DNA from: a virus
Virus record (IMG/VR): IMGVR_UViG_3300033145_000274
Coordinates: 32,001 to 96,000 of that record
Direction: 5' to 3' (one strand)
Length of the DNA stretch: 64,000 nt
Positions within the stretch are counted from its first letter, which is position 1. Each line of letters opens with the position of its first letter. The translations under genes and the position numbers were made by a program. Shown here in pieces: positions 36,527 through 46,816 of the stretch. The notes beneath the pieces were generated by a model. That model was not told where the DNA came from and searched no databases. It saw nothing but the letters and a program-made list of their open reading frames with translations.

Positions 36527-38674
36527 ATGATAACCAAACCCAAACACTTTGTTCAAAGAGATGGTGGTAAGTTTGTACGAAAAGAATTTACAATTGCCGC
36601 CACACCAGAAGCCTTCAGAATACTTAGTGACGGCTTGTATTCTAAAAAAATTGAAGCCGTAATACGTGAACTCAGTACAAACGCCGTCGATGCACACATC
36701 GTGGCTGAAAATGATGATGTATTTGAGGTTCACCTACCGTCGTTTGAAGAACCCTGGTTTGTCGTTCGAGATTACGGCACGGGCATGTCACATGATGATG
36801 TGATGGACCTTTATTCCACGTATTTTGGAACTAATAAGGCAGACGACCTAAACACGACCGGATGTTTGGGTCTTGGGTCCAAGTCTCCACTGGCTAAGGT
36901 GCGGTCCTTCACCGTTGTATCGCGTTTTGACGGCATGGAACGTCACTATATCGTAACACTCAATGAAGACCGTATTCCCGAAGTTGACCACCTGGTTGAA
37001 CAATCCAAGCCCACTACCGATAGCGGCATGGAGATTCAGATGGCCGTGGCAACCAGTGATATTTCTGAGTATATTCGCAAAGCTGCTCAGGTATACTTCC
37101 ATTTTGATGCTCAGCAACGACCACGTATTATCAATGGGCGTAGTTATGAGTTGTCCAAACCAGAGATTCTAATCGAAGGTACTGGATGGCGCATGTATAA
37201 GGGTGCGGGTACTCCCGTGGCCGTACAAGGTAGTGTTGGTTATCCAATTGCATCTGCACAAATCAAACACATCAAGCCCCATCATGAAATGGTCTTGTCG
37301 TGCAATCTGGAGATTGATTTTCCCAATGGTAGTGTTCACTTCACTCCATCACGTGAGCATCTGTCGTATGATAAAACCACATGTCGGTCATTGACCAGTC
37401 GTTTGGATAAAATTGTAAGCGAAGTCAACGACATGATTGGTAAACGTTTCGACACATGTACCACATTGTGGGAAGCGCGTACGTTAGCCTATGATATGTT
37501 TTGGACCAATAGTGCCGACCTGCGTCATCTACACTCACTGGCTGAGACTGGTGAGATTACTTGGAAGGGTCAAAAGATTGCTGGAAAACAGTTGTCTTTC
37601 AGTGACATACAAGGAGTGGCGGGTTGGTCGTTTGAAACACGACGAAATCGTAATAACTATTGGGATAAAAACACCAAGGTATCACGAAATGAACGTAGCA
37701 TTTTCACCCCACGTGGTAATGTGGTGTGGTGCGAAACAGATATCCCGCGTGGTAGCTATTCCCGATGTCATCAATACATACAAGACCATCAAGATACGTG
37801 TATATACCTGGTAAGTTTCAGTGCGCCCAAGGCACGCCAAGAGTTCTGTGACGAAATGGGACTTGACGGCACGGAGTTCATTAAAACCTCTACCATGCCA
37901 AAGCCTGTTAGCACACGCAGTGGCAGCGGTAAGCTGCATCGGTCCACCTCGTTGGTCTACAAACATATAGGAGGCGTCCATCGTACCCGTTTGTATCAGT
38001 ATTGGAAGAAAACCGAAGTAGACCTGGATAACGGTGAGGGTGGTGTATATGTCGAGATGAAAAACAACAAGGTTGTCAACCCTCAAGGTCACCGGGTTGA
38101 GCCCACTGTGGTTTCCACGTTGGTAAGCCTACTCGATGACGTTGGACAAGAACATATTGAGGTTATCGGCGTACGTCCCCAGGTTGCCAAACGGTTTCGT
38201 AAGTCGGACGACTGGGTAGACCTCTTTACATACGCACGCCACGTTGTTGAGATTGAAGTTGTGCAAAAGCAGTTGGCACAACATATCGTCAATGCCGAAC
38301 ATTTGCGTGATTTGACCAACAGCAGCATATGGTGTTCAATGATGCAGAAAGCAGATGCACTTGGTAAGCTAGACAAGACCATGGCTTTGCATAAGCTCAT
38401 TGAAGACCTACAACACATGCAGAAGTCCAATGATGCCTGTCGTGCTTATTCGCATTGGCGCACACTAGCCACAGAATGTGGTGTTAGTTTGGACGACGTA
38501 GAACCCGAACGTTATATCAGCGTGTCAATTGAAAACATGTATAGTCAGTATCCTATGTTGGAACTGATTCTGGATATAAAAACCTCTAATTACCATCATC
38601 ATCCTTTTCAAACCAATGAACTTCAACACATACGGCATTACGTAAGTTTGGTAGAATCTCAGAATTGCGGTTGA
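36527..38674 (+). CDS. rIIA: rIIA-like protein (GHKL ATPase N-terminus)
   Basis: IRELSTNAVDAH, VRDYGTGMS, GCLGLGSKSP; followed by rIIB. Confidence 0.85.
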   Translation: MITKPKHFVQRDGGKFVRKEFTIAATPEAFRILSDGLYSKKIEAVIRELSTNAVDAHIVAENDDVFEVHLPSFEEPWFVVRDYGTGMSHDDVMDLYSTYFGTNKADDLNTTGCLGLGSKSPLAKVRSFTVVSRFDGMERHYIVTLNEDRIPEVDHLVEQSKPTTDSGMEIQMAVATSDISEYIRKAAQVYFHFDAQQRPRIINGRSYELSKPEILIEGTGWRMYKGAGTPVAVQGSVGYPIASAQIKHIKPHHEMVLSCNLEIDFPNGSVHFTPSREHLSYDKTTCRSLTSRLDKIVSEVNDMIGKRFDTCTTLWEARTLAYDMFWTNSADLRHLHSLAETGEITWKGQKIAGKQLSFSDIQGVAGWSFETRRNRNNYWDKNTKVSRNERSIFTPRGNVVWCETDIPRGSYSRCHQYIQDHQDTCIYLVSFSAPKARQEFCDEMGLDGTEFIKTSTMPKPVSTRSGSGKLHRSTSLVYKHIGGVHRTRLYQYWKKTEVDLDNGEGGVYVEMKNNKVVNPQGHRVEPTVVSTLVSLLDDVGQEHIEVIGVRPQVAKRFRKSDDWVDLFTYARHVVEIEVVQKQLAQHIVNAEHLRDLTNSSIWCSMMQKADALGKLDKTMALHKLIEDLQHMQKSNDACRAYSHWRTLATECGVSLDDVEPERYISVSIENMYSQYPMLELILDIKTSNYHHHPFQTNELQHIRHYVSLVESQNCG

Positions 38675-38698
38675 CTTTTGCAATCTACATGCTATAAT
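38671..38698 (+). promoter_or_regulatory. sigma70-type promoter
   Basis: TTGACT-N16-TATAAT. Confidence 0.7.
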
Positions 38699-38746
38699 CT
38701 ATAGAACGGGTGATGACCAGTCACCCATCGAACCCCTGATAGGAGA

Positions 38747-39778
38747 ATGAACATGTCTTCAATTCACTCAATTATGTCTGGCGATGGTACTATCTGTTTG
38801 GTTGTGGATGGTAAGCACTACACTGTGTCTGTCACTCACCCATCATACCACGAGATGCGTGAACTGATACTCGCTAGACCTCTTAACGAGCCAGCCTTGT
38901 TACAAACGTTGAACATCACCGACAAGATTGCCCACTTGCTGGAGGGTAAGGTACGTGTTGATTTGGAAGAGGGCAAGGTCTGGTACAACGATACTGAGTT
39001 TCACGACCCGGCATTCTGTGAACGCATACTACGACTTATGTCGGAAGGTCAGGATGTATCCTACTTGGTTAACTTCTTGAACAACCTTGGCCAGAACCCT
39101 GAGTTCCGTGCCATTATGGAAACCTTCAAGTTCATCTGTCAGGAAGGTATGCCCATTACTCCCGACGGCTGTTTCCTGGGCTACAAGGGCGTGCGTGATG
39201 ACTTCTATGATGAGTGGAGTGGGACCATAGACAATACCCCTGACGGTCGTCGTGTAGAGTATGACCGGGCCAAGGTCTGTAACAATCCTAACAATTCTTG
39301 TGCTCAGGGATTGCACGTTGGGTCTCATCGCTATGCTAGTAACTGGTCACAGCGCGTAGTTCTCGTAAAGGTTAATCCCAAGGACGTTGTTAGTGTTCCT
39401 AACCATGATTGCGAAAAGATGCGTGTTTGTGGTTATTGGATACTGAAGGAGTTCGGTAAAGACCGTGATGTCCTCAAGGGTGAAGTTTATGACTCGACCG
39501 GACAACGTGTTGAGGGTTCTGTATTTACAGAACTGGAGGAACGCGGTCAGTTCGACCATGATGTGGCTTCACACTGGGATGACGAAGAGGGTCGTACGTA
39601 CGCCGATGGCCTGGAAGACGGGCGTGATGACGATATCGAGCCCGAACCTGAGTTCTGCGATGAATGTCGTGAACTGGTTGAAGACTGCATATGCGAGGAC
39701 TTATGTCCAACGTGTGGTATGCTGGATTGTGAGTGTGATGATAACTACGACCCTTGGGGAAAAGACGACGATGACTAA
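38747..39778 (+). CDS. rIIB: rIIB-like protein with acidic tail
   Basis: ITPDGCFLGYKGVR, GLHVGS, VKVNPKDVVSVP. Confidence 0.85.
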   Translation: MNMSSIHSIMSGDGTICLVVDGKHYTVSVTHPSYHEMRELILARPLNEPALLQTLNITDKIAHLLEGKVRVDLEEGKVWYNDTEFHDPAFCERILRLMSEGQDVSYLVNFLNNLGQNPEFRAIMETFKFICQEGMPITPDGCFLGYKGVRDDFYDEWSGTIDNTPDGRRVEYDRAKVCNNPNNSCAQGLHVGSHRYASNWSQRVVLVKVNPKDVVSVPNHDCEKMRVCGYWILKEFGKDRDVLKGEVYDSTGQRVEGSVFTELEERGQFDHDVASHWDDEEGRTYADGLEDGRDDDIEPEPEFCDECRELVEDCICEDLCPTCGMLDCECDDNYDPWGKDDDD

Positions 39779-39947
39779 GGATTATGTAAGTCGTAAACTT
39801 CAGGTTGGTGATGACGTAGTCTTTATACAATCGAGCTACAGACACTTTCAACGTGGTGTTATTACGAAGATAGGTCTTGTGATGCTTACCATTAAAACCG
39901 TGGGGGGTACCACCACACGATTTCCAGAACGAGTTATAAAGGTGTAA
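39771..39947 (+). CDS. small SH3/KOW-like protein
   Basis: LQVGDDVVF...RGVITKIG. Confidence 0.45.
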   Translation: MTKDYVSRKLQVGDDVVFIQSSYRHFQRGVITKIGLVMLTIKTVGGTTTRFPERVIKV

Positions 39948-40014
39948 TTTGGAATGAATCGGCCACACAAGTGCTGCATGAATTCAAATTGAAGCTTCAG
40001 ATAGAGGTATAGTC

Positions 40015-40536
40015 ATGCCTAGAGGACAAAAGACCTGCGCTAGCTGCGGAAAAATCGTCGGCCCCAGAACATGGCAATGTCCAGCGTGTGGCCTAGGTTT
40101 CACGTTGAGGGGCATTAAAAAGCCTGACATAGATGTGACAGCCAAGCCTGCCAGGTCCAAAGCCGCACCGTCAGACCGTCTGTGGAGCTTGGTAGAGCTT
40201 TACGATGGAGATGATGAGCTTGACGTGCGCAAACGATACGCTATGGAGGGCCAAACCTGGCAATCCAAGTGCGGGCGATATCGCATACGTGAGCAATTTA
40301 CCTTTATGCGCGTGCGCCTAACTGACCACTTCTCCAAGTGTGTGTATCTCTTTAGGCTTGATAATGCCCGGTGGAATATCGTGAGACCGAAGGGTAGGTT
40401 TAGGACTCCGCTGGCGGCTATCAGAAGGATGATGAAAGATAGCAGTGGGCTAAAAGTCAAAGCAACTACGCGCTTAGAAAAGCTACAGGTTAGAGTTGCA
40501 GCGTTACAGAAACAGAAATCAACCCTGACAATATAG
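40015..40536 (+). CDS. Zn-ribbon basic protein
   Basis: CASC...CPAC. Confidence 0.6.
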   Translation: MPRGQKTCASCGKIVGPRTWQCPACGLGFTLRGIKKPDIDVTAKPARSKAAPSDRLWSLVELYDGDDELDVRKRYAMEGQTWQSKCGRYRIREQFTFMRVRLTDHFSKCVYLFRLDNARWNIVRPKGRFRTPLAAIRRMMKDSSGLKVKATTRLEKLQVRVAALQKQKSTLTI

Positions 40537-40644
40537 GAACTCACCATGCTATCAGCCGATGCACGAACCATTTTCTATCTTCGTGGTCGCGTTACACTAC
40601 TCATGGCTCAACTACGCGCCGCCAAAGAACAGGTCATAACATAA

Positions 40645-41013
40645 ATGAAGATAAAGCCCCTGCGGATTGAGATTGATTGTGTATATACCTGTCCGTCTTG
40701 CAAAGCTGATACGTGGTATACAATTCGTGAGTTGAAGTACCGCAAACACCTTACATGTGTGTGTGGAAAGCAAACGCTATTGGAACCAGTGCGGTGTGTT
40801 GAAGTAAGATATGCAGGAAAGGCAATTGAACAGTTGGATAAGTCTGGCCAACGAGTATCGCCAGCATTTCCACTGGAGGACTTTGTGGTCACTTTGACTA
40901 CACTTGGGTACACCAAATCCAATGCGCGACAGTTGGTGCTGCAACATCAACACGAATATCGGGACAATGACAGTGAATTCCTCGCCTTTTTACTTCAACA
41001 AGGAGTATTATAG
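40645..41013 (+). CDS. Zn-ribbon protein with RuvA-CTD-like tail
   Basis: CPSC...CVC; LTTLGYTKSNA. Confidence 0.5.
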   Translation: MKIKPLRIEIDCVYTCPSCKADTWYTIRELKYRKHLTCVCGKQTLLEPVRCVEVRYAGKAIEQLDKSGQRVSPAFPLEDFVVTLTTLGYTKSNARQLVLQHQHEYRDNDSEFLAFLLQQGVL

Positions 41014-41175
41014 ATGCAATGGTTGATTTTCGCATGTATCATACTGGGTTGTGTTGAGGCTTTTGCATTGGCTCATAATGGCATCAATGCTCAGCATGAT
41101 AGCAGAAAAGACGCTAGTATGGGGCATCATTATCAGCGTGATAAGATTTTTCACGATATGATGGGGTTATAGTGG

Positions 41176-41203
41176 TTGACAATCGGCCCGTACGGTGTAT
41201 AAT
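41176..41203 (+). promoter_or_regulatory. sigma70-type promoter for the TROVE gene
   Basis: TTGACA-N16-TATAAT. Confidence 0.75.
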
Positions 41204-41265
41204 TAAGGGCTTAGGAACCTTCCTTGTCGTGATTTTTTTTGACACGAATAACCGGAGACAAACCA

Positions 41266-42909
41266 ATGAACAAGAATCTATTTCAGAATCGTGGTATTCA
41301 GCGTGGCGTTCCTACGACAGACAGCCTGAACGCAGCCGGTGGAGCCGCCTACCGTTTGGACGACAAGAGCGCCCTAGCGCAATACGCGGTCACAGGGACG
41401 TTTCAGGACACCTTTTATGTGGGTGCTCAGGACCATTTGCATAATGTCGAGGCATTGGCAGCAGGTTGCGAAGCTGAGTTTATTGCCAAGCTCGCCGTCT
41501 ACGCACGCGAACGAGGTAAAATGAAGGACATGCCAGCGTATCTCTTGGCTGTCCTAGCCGCGCGTGGCGAAACCGACCTGGTAAAGCGTATCTTTTCGCG
41601 TGTGTGTAACAATAGCAAGGTGCTATTAGGTTTTGCTCGTATCATTCGTTCGGGCGCCACTGGTCGTAGTTCGTTCGGTACTGCTATGAAGCGACTAATC
41701 CAAGATTGGATTACAGACAAGAGTAATAAAGGTCTGTATGTATCTAGTATTGGTCATAGCAATCCGTCAATGGCGGACCTTATCAAAATGGTACATCCAC
41801 GACCACGGGATAATGAGCAGTCGGCGATGTTCTCCTACCTTTTGGGTAGGGAATGTGACCACGACCTGTTGCCCGAAGATATTCAGATATTTGAAAGGCT
41901 AAAGCGTGGCGAAGCCATGCGCGGTGGCACGTCATTCGGACCATCCGACAAGATGCCCGACATTCCATTTCGAGCGCTTACAAATTGCGACCTCAGCGCA
42001 GCACAATGGCGCGATATTGCTCTGAACATGCCCTGGAACACCCTGCGTCAATCCCTCAACCTTTTGAGTCGTCGCGGCGTATTTGATGACCTGGGTGTTG
42101 TGCGCAACTTGGCCGTGAAACTAGCCGATGAAGAAAACGTGATGCAATACAATGCTTTTCCGTTTGAACTACTGGCAACGTGGAAGGCCACAAAGGACCA
42201 GGTACCGGTAGAGATTTCTAATGCTCTACAAGAAGCCATGGAAGTAGCTACGCGCAATGTGCCGAAGCTTCCTGGTGAAACCCTGTTGGCAGTAGATGTT
42301 TCTGGCTCCATGTGTGGTGCTGCCATTACCGGACGTAGCGCCAAGCCATCCATCGTAACGGTTGTAGAATGTGCGTCTCTTATTGCGTGTGCCCTGCTAC
42401 GCAACAACAAGTCGGCCTCGTTGATTGGATTTGACAGTGCTCGATATCCGTCTTATCGTCCCAAGGGTCGCTTGGCCGGCGAGGGTGGTATCTATGTTAT
42501 GGACCACATCAATCCGTTTGATAGTGTGATGACTAACGTGTCAAAAATGAATCATAGTGGGGGTGGCACTGACTGTTCACTACCATTTCAATACTTGTTG
42601 GCTAACACTCGTGCCGTAGACAACATCATCATATTGTCAGACTATGAGAGTTGGACTTCGACCTATCGTACCGCTGGTGGTGCCGCAAGCTGTGAACAAT
42701 GGCATAGATATTCGGCCAATCACAAGAAAACCAAGTTGGCCTGTGTGGACCTACAACCACAAGATACAACGCAAGTGCCCGACCAACCAGGTCGTGTAAT
42801 TAACATCGGCGGCTGGAATGACCCCATGTTTCGTGTATTGGGCGATTTCTTTAACCGTAACGACAACATTGACTTCGTGACCGTGATTGAAGACAGTGTT
42901 GAACTTTAG
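41266..42909 (+). CDS. TROVE-domain Ro60 (Rsr) homolog with vWA domain
   Basis: NAAGGAAY, TGTFQDTFY, DLIKMVHPRP, MPWNTLRQSL, vWA MIDAS LAVDVSGSM, GGGTDCS, IILSDYE. Confidence 0.9.
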   Translation: MNKNLFQNRGIQRGVPTTDSLNAAGGAAYRLDDKSALAQYAVTGTFQDTFYVGAQDHLHNVEALAAGCEAEFIAKLAVYARERGKMKDMPAYLLAVLAARGETDLVKRIFSRVCNNSKVLLGFARIIRSGATGRSSFGTAMKRLIQDWITDKSNKGLYVSSIGHSNPSMADLIKMVHPRPRDNEQSAMFSYLLGRECDHDLLPEDIQIFERLKRGEAMRGGTSFGPSDKMPDIPFRALTNCDLSAAQWRDIALNMPWNTLRQSLNLLSRRGVFDDLGVVRNLAVKLADEENVMQYNAFPFELLATWKATKDQVPVEISNALQEAMEVATRNVPKLPGETLLAVDVSGSMCGAAITGRSAKPSIVTVVECASLIACALLRNNKSASLIGFDSARYPSYRPKGRLAGEGGIYVMDHINPFDSVMTNVSKMNHSGGGTDCSLPFQYLLANTRAVDNIIILSDYESWTSTYRTAGGAASCEQWHRYSANHKKTKLACVDLQPQDTTQVPDQPGRVINIGGWNDPMFRVLGDFFNRNDNIDFVTVIEDSVEL

Positions 42910-42961
42910 TTCTCGCTAATAAGCAAGAAAGGCATGTCTCGTTTCTTGCTTATTGAGAACA

Positions 42962-43091
42962 AGGCAAATGCAGTAAAGCATACATGATGAATGTGATGTT
43001 TTGGGGGTGTCGGACGCAAGTCCTAGTCCCCCGCGCTGGCTGATGACCTAAGTATGTAGCCGCAATTAGCGCTTTGCATTATTTGTTGCCT
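42962..43091 (+). ncRNA. candidate Y RNA-like structured RNA
   Basis: Ends AGGCAA-ATGCA-..AAAGC and GCTTTGCAT..TTGCCT pair with bulges; internal hairpins; directly after ro60. Confidence 0.5.
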
Positions 43092-43159
43092 AAAATAAAT
43101 ACCGAGGATGACTATTGTGGTCATCTACGAGACAGACAACAAGGGTCATCGGTCGGTTT

Positions 43160-43232
43160 CTACTAGGCACGCCTGGGCGTGATAGAAGAATAGCATATGC
43201 CTTTTATCAGGAGTTCGACTCTCCTCTAGTAG
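43160..43232 (+). ncRNA. tRNA-like RNA without canonical anticodon loop (YrlA-like candidate)
   Basis: CTACTAG/CTAGTAG stem, AGGAG-TTCGACT-CTCCT T-arm, 7-bp arm with 12-nt loop. Confidence 0.55.
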
Positions 43233-43246
43233 GTTTGGAGTGATAC

Positions 43247-43924
43247 ATGATACGTCATTTTTCGTTTGCCGGAATGCAGCGCGTGGGTAACCATGCTATT
43301 ATCAACTGGTGGCTTTCACATTTTGATGGTTATGTTTGTCGTAATAACATCTTGGGTTTATCTTGCAAAGACCAAAGTGCTCAATTATCCATCAAGGGTA
43401 AACCAGCAACACAGATACGATTAGACTCATGGGAAAACTATGACCCGGAACTCATTCAAATCTCTCCACGTAGCGAGCCGCTTATCATTCTTGTGCGTGA
43501 CCCATATAATTGGTGGGCGTCCTGGTTTGGCTATACCATTCCCAATCCAGTAGTTCATAACATGTTCCGGCAAGATACTATTCCAATGTATTTGGCCTAC
43601 ATAAAGTATATTCGTGAGCACCCCAATGCTTGTATCATTTTCAATCATTGGTTTTCCTCATCGGAATATCGTCGTGAAATAGAATCGCACTATGAACTTG
43701 GTCCACCAGTAGACACATCCCTGAATTGTGTAACAACGGTTGGAGCAAGTACCTTTGATGCCATATATGAGTATCAAGGACGTGCGCAGGACATGGCCGT
43801 GTTGACTCGTTACGAACAGGTTAGACACCAACCAGACTATTATGAACCACTGCGTCAATATCCTGAGTTGGCTGATATTGCCCGTGAGGTTTTTGATTTT
43901 GAGCCCCCAGCAGGATTACACTAA
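43247..43924 (+). CDS. sulfotransferase-like protein
   Basis: PAPS-loop-like GMQRVGNH and LVRDPYNWWASW. Confidence 0.6.
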   Translation: MIRHFSFAGMQRVGNHAIINWWLSHFDGYVCRNNILGLSCKDQSAQLSIKGKPATQIRLDSWENYDPELIQISPRSEPLIILVRDPYNWWASWFGYTIPNPVVHNMFRQDTIPMYLAYIKYIREHPNACIIFNHWFSSSEYRREIESHYELGPPVDTSLNCVTTVGASTFDAIYEYQGRAQDMAVLTRYEQVRHQPDYYEPLRQYPELADIAREVFDFEPPAGLH

Positions 43925-44496
43925 TGGATATCGATGTATATGAAGCAATTGCTGAACGCGAGCAAGAAAATGAATATCGCTTACAAGTGCTCGAACAACT
44001 GTTGATAGCCGACATGGTGCTACCATTCAAGAGGTTGCACGAAGACGCAAGGCTACCGTTCAAATCTGGCGAGTTGGAAGCATGTTATGATATGACATGT
44101 GTAGAAGATGATAGTTTTCGGTCATTTGATTGTTATATGGGCCTAGACCACTGCGTGCGGGAGAACTTCAAACCTCTTAAACCTGGTCAGAGCCACATAT
44201 TTCACACCGGTGTAGCCTGTGCCATACCACAGGGTCGCGTGTTGTTCCTTTGGGACCGCAGTGGCATGGGAGCCAAACGAAACATTCACAGACTGGCCGG
44301 TGTAATTGATTGCACATACCGTGGTGAGATAATGGTGTGTTTAACCAACCTAAGTAAGGATGTTCAGATAATTGAAGCAGGAGATAAAATTATCCAAGGT
44401 CACCTTGCACTAGTGTTACCAGGTACACCAAAGTGGGTAGTTGAATTGCCTAGCTCTTATCGTGGAGAAGCTGGCTTTGGTTCAACAGGAAAATGA
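43924..44496 (+). CDS. dut: trimeric dUTPase
   Basis: DRSGMG, AGVIDCTYRGEI, GDKIIQ, RGEAGFGSTG. Confidence 0.9.
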   Translation: MDIDVYEAIAEREQENEYRLQVLEQLLIADMVLPFKRLHEDARLPFKSGELEACYDMTCVEDDSFRSFDCYMGLDHCVRENFKPLKPGQSHIFHTGVACAIPQGRVLFLWDRSGMGAKRNIHRLAGVIDCTYRGEIMVCLTNLSKDVQIIEAGDKIIQGHLALVLPGTPKWVVELPSSYRGEAGFGSTGK

Positions 44497-44506
44497 GGAG
44501 AATCTA

Positions 44507-45154
44507 ATGGCGCAACCAGGTCTACCACCACCAGCAATACATAGTCGTTTGTGGGGCATGAGAGCGTATCTAATAGGCGCAATGGACCGTGCGCCCGATG
44601 CAGGTGTCGAGTGGAGACGACGTATTACGCCCTTCCTGGCTAAGCTGGGCGTGGTTGTATTAGACCCGACCGACAAACCCATTGATATTGGTCTGGAGCG
44701 CAGCGAGGACCGTGAGTATCGTCAGAATCTCAAAGCGCTTGGGTGTTACGATGAATTGTCCAAAGAAATCAGGGCATTGCGCGTAGTTGACCTGGGCATG
44801 GTAGACATGAGTGATTTTCTTATAGTCCACATCGACACAGATATTCATGCGTGTGGTACGTATGAAGAAATCTCATGGGCAAATCGTATGAAAAACCCCA
44901 TACTTGTTCATTGTGAGCAAGGAAAGGATGGCGTGTCGGACTGGTTATATGGCATGATTCCACATCAACATATGTTTTCCACATGGGTAGACATGTGTAA
45001 GTATTTATGGGAAGTACATACGGCACCGGCAGTAGAACACTACAAGCGATGGATGTTTTTCAATTATCAACAAATGGTTCCCCAAGTAACACCTGATGAA
45101 TCACGTGCTTATCGGTGGGAATGGGACTCTTTAGCAAAGGAATTAGACAGATGA
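44507..45154 (+). CDS. nucleoside 2-deoxyribosyltransferase-like protein
   Basis: AYLIGAMD...VLDP...DLGMVDMSDFLIV...GTYEEISWA. Confidence 0.7.
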   Translation: MAQPGLPPPAIHSRLWGMRAYLIGAMDRAPDAGVEWRRRITPFLAKLGVVVLDPTDKPIDIGLERSEDREYRQNLKALGCYDELSKEIRALRVVDLGMVDMSDFLIVHIDTDIHACGTYEEISWANRMKNPILVHCEQGKDGVSDWLYGMIPHQHMFSTWVDMCKYLWEVHTAPAVEHYKRWMFFNYQQMVPQVTPDESRAYRWEWDSLAKELDR

Positions 45155-45342
45155 GTTTATTCGCATTTTTCTCACCTGGACCTGCGGAAATTGCTATTAT
45201 TTGTGTCATTGGCGTGATACTGTTCGGTACGCAATTGCCGAAGATAGCGCGTTCACTTGGACAATCCATTCCGGCCTTCAAAAATGGCCTAAAAGACATA
45301 AATGACGAAGTGAAAGACATACAGCAAGAACTCAAAACTTAA
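45151..45342 (+). CDS. tatA: twin-arginine translocase subunit TatA
   Basis: PGPAEIAIICVIGVILFGTQLPKIARSLGQSIPAFKNGL. Confidence 0.85.
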   Translation: MSLFAFFSPGPAEIAIICVIGVILFGTQLPKIARSLGQSIPAFKNGLKDINDEVKDIQQELKT

Positions 45343-45395
45343 TTGCATCGGTGTATATTAGAGTAGACTCATACACCACTTAGGGGGAGCATATC

Positions 45396-45917
45396 GTGCG
45401 ATTATTCATTTGTGTTATCTTGTTGTTGTTAAGCAGCGTCAACATTGCGTTTGGGGTAAATTATCCTGAAGGCACGGTTATAGTATGGGAAAACGGCACG
45501 TATCTAAACGCCGTGCAACGCCAAACCGGTAGTAATAAGACACATGTTGGTATCATTTTGTATGATGGAGTACAGCCGTGGGTATATGAGGCATCGCGCC
45601 CTGACGTTCACCGCTACACATTCCAGGACTATGTCAAACGTGTTGATATACTTCATAAACAGCTACCTAAGCTACGCATACATTTTTTGACGCCTTTCAC
45701 ACCATATCATCCTACTCAGATAGTAGCGATGAAACGCTATGCACATGCTCAATTAGGGCGTCAATTTGGACTCAAGAGTTATATGCTGGGACGACCAATG
45801 GCAACACTTCATTGTTGTGAATACATTGGTAATATCCTGGCGCAGACAGGACGTTTTAGGACTATCGGACCAAGGGAAACCCCAAAGACCATTTACGAAA
45901 AGGCCAGGAAACTATGA
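45396..45917 (+). CDS. secreted permuted papain-like (YiiX/YebB, NlpC/P60) enzyme
   Basis: Signal peptide, THVGI...VYEA, C-terminal HCCEYI. Confidence 0.65.
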   Translation: MRLFICVILLLLSSVNIAFGVNYPEGTVIVWENGTYLNAVQRQTGSNKTHVGIILYDGVQPWVYEASRPDVHRYTFQDYVKRVDILHKQLPKLRIHFLTPFTPYHPTQIVAMKRYAHAQLGRQFGLKSYMLGRPMATLHCCEYIGNILAQTGRFRTIGPRETPKTIYEKARKL

Positions 45918-46432
45918 CACCGCAACCACCAGCAAAAGTGTATGAATATCTATATCCCATGCCATCAATAGTCACAGATATAGTGGTGACTGTACTGTCT
46001 GATGATAAAGATGGAATCGAGCTATTGTTGATAGAACGCAAAAATGAACCATGGAAAGGTTGCTTGGCATTACCGGGTGGCTTTGTCGAGCCCAACGAAC
46101 TCGTCATGGACGCCGCCAAGCGCGAATTGTTGGAAGAAACAGGTGTGGTGGCTCGGGATTTGGCATTCGTAGGATGGTATGATGAACCCGACCGTGACCC
46201 ACGAGACCGTATTATTTCCATGGCTTTTCTCATGTGTTGTGGTCATAACAAGCCAGAAGCTAAAGGCATGGATGATGTTTGTAATGCACAATGGGTGACA
46301 AAAGAACAGTTTGAAAATCTACCAGCAGAGCGCATAGCGTGTGACCATGCTACTGTTATTGGTGACGCAACGGGTTGGGGCAAATCACGTAGTGCAGTAA
46401 GACTATCTTGGGGTGGGGGTCATCAAACATGA
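45914..46432 (+). CDS. Nudix hydrolase
   Basis: GGFVEPNELVMDAAKRELLEETG. Confidence 0.9.
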   Translation: MTPQPPAKVYEYLYPMPSIVTDIVVTVLSDDKDGIELLLIERKNEPWKGCLALPGGFVEPNELVMDAAKRELLEETGVVARDLAFVGWYDEPDRDPRDRIISMAFLMCCGHNKPEAKGMDDVCNAQWVTKEQFENLPAERIACDHATVIGDATGWGKSRSAVRLSWGGGHQT

Positions 46433-46815
46433 TATCACTAGAAAACGCCGCTCAACGAGTTGCCACGAACGATGACTCCGAAGTGTTCGTTGACCCACTG
46501 ACACTTATGCTTATTTGCTCCATTCTTTCCACTGTTTTTAATGCCTTGCGCATGTGGTGTCAATGGAAGCAGAATCAAAAAGCCGATGGAAATACCATCA
46601 AAGAAGTATGTGCAAATCCACCCCTACGAATAAGACGTAGATTACACAGAGTTGTGCGCCAGCAAATGGGCGATGAGCAATATAGGCGAGACGGAGATAG
46701 GGTGGTGACTAACATTCTAAAAGCTGGTGCTGATGCCTTTCCTGCTGAGCTTGAGTATTTGGCAAACCAGAATGTCTATGTTAATCAGTGGGGTGAAACA
46801 GAACAGGAGATTTGA
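46429..46815 (+). CDS. hypothetical protein
   Basis: Coupled ORF with a hydrophobic segment. Confidence 0.5.
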   Translation: MISLENAAQRVATNDDSEVFVDPLTLMLICSILSTVFNALRMWCQWKQNQKADGNTIKEVCANPPLRIRRRLHRVVRQQMGDEQYRRDGDRVVTNILKAGADAFPAELEYLANQNVYVNQWGETEQEI

Positions 46816-46816
46816 C

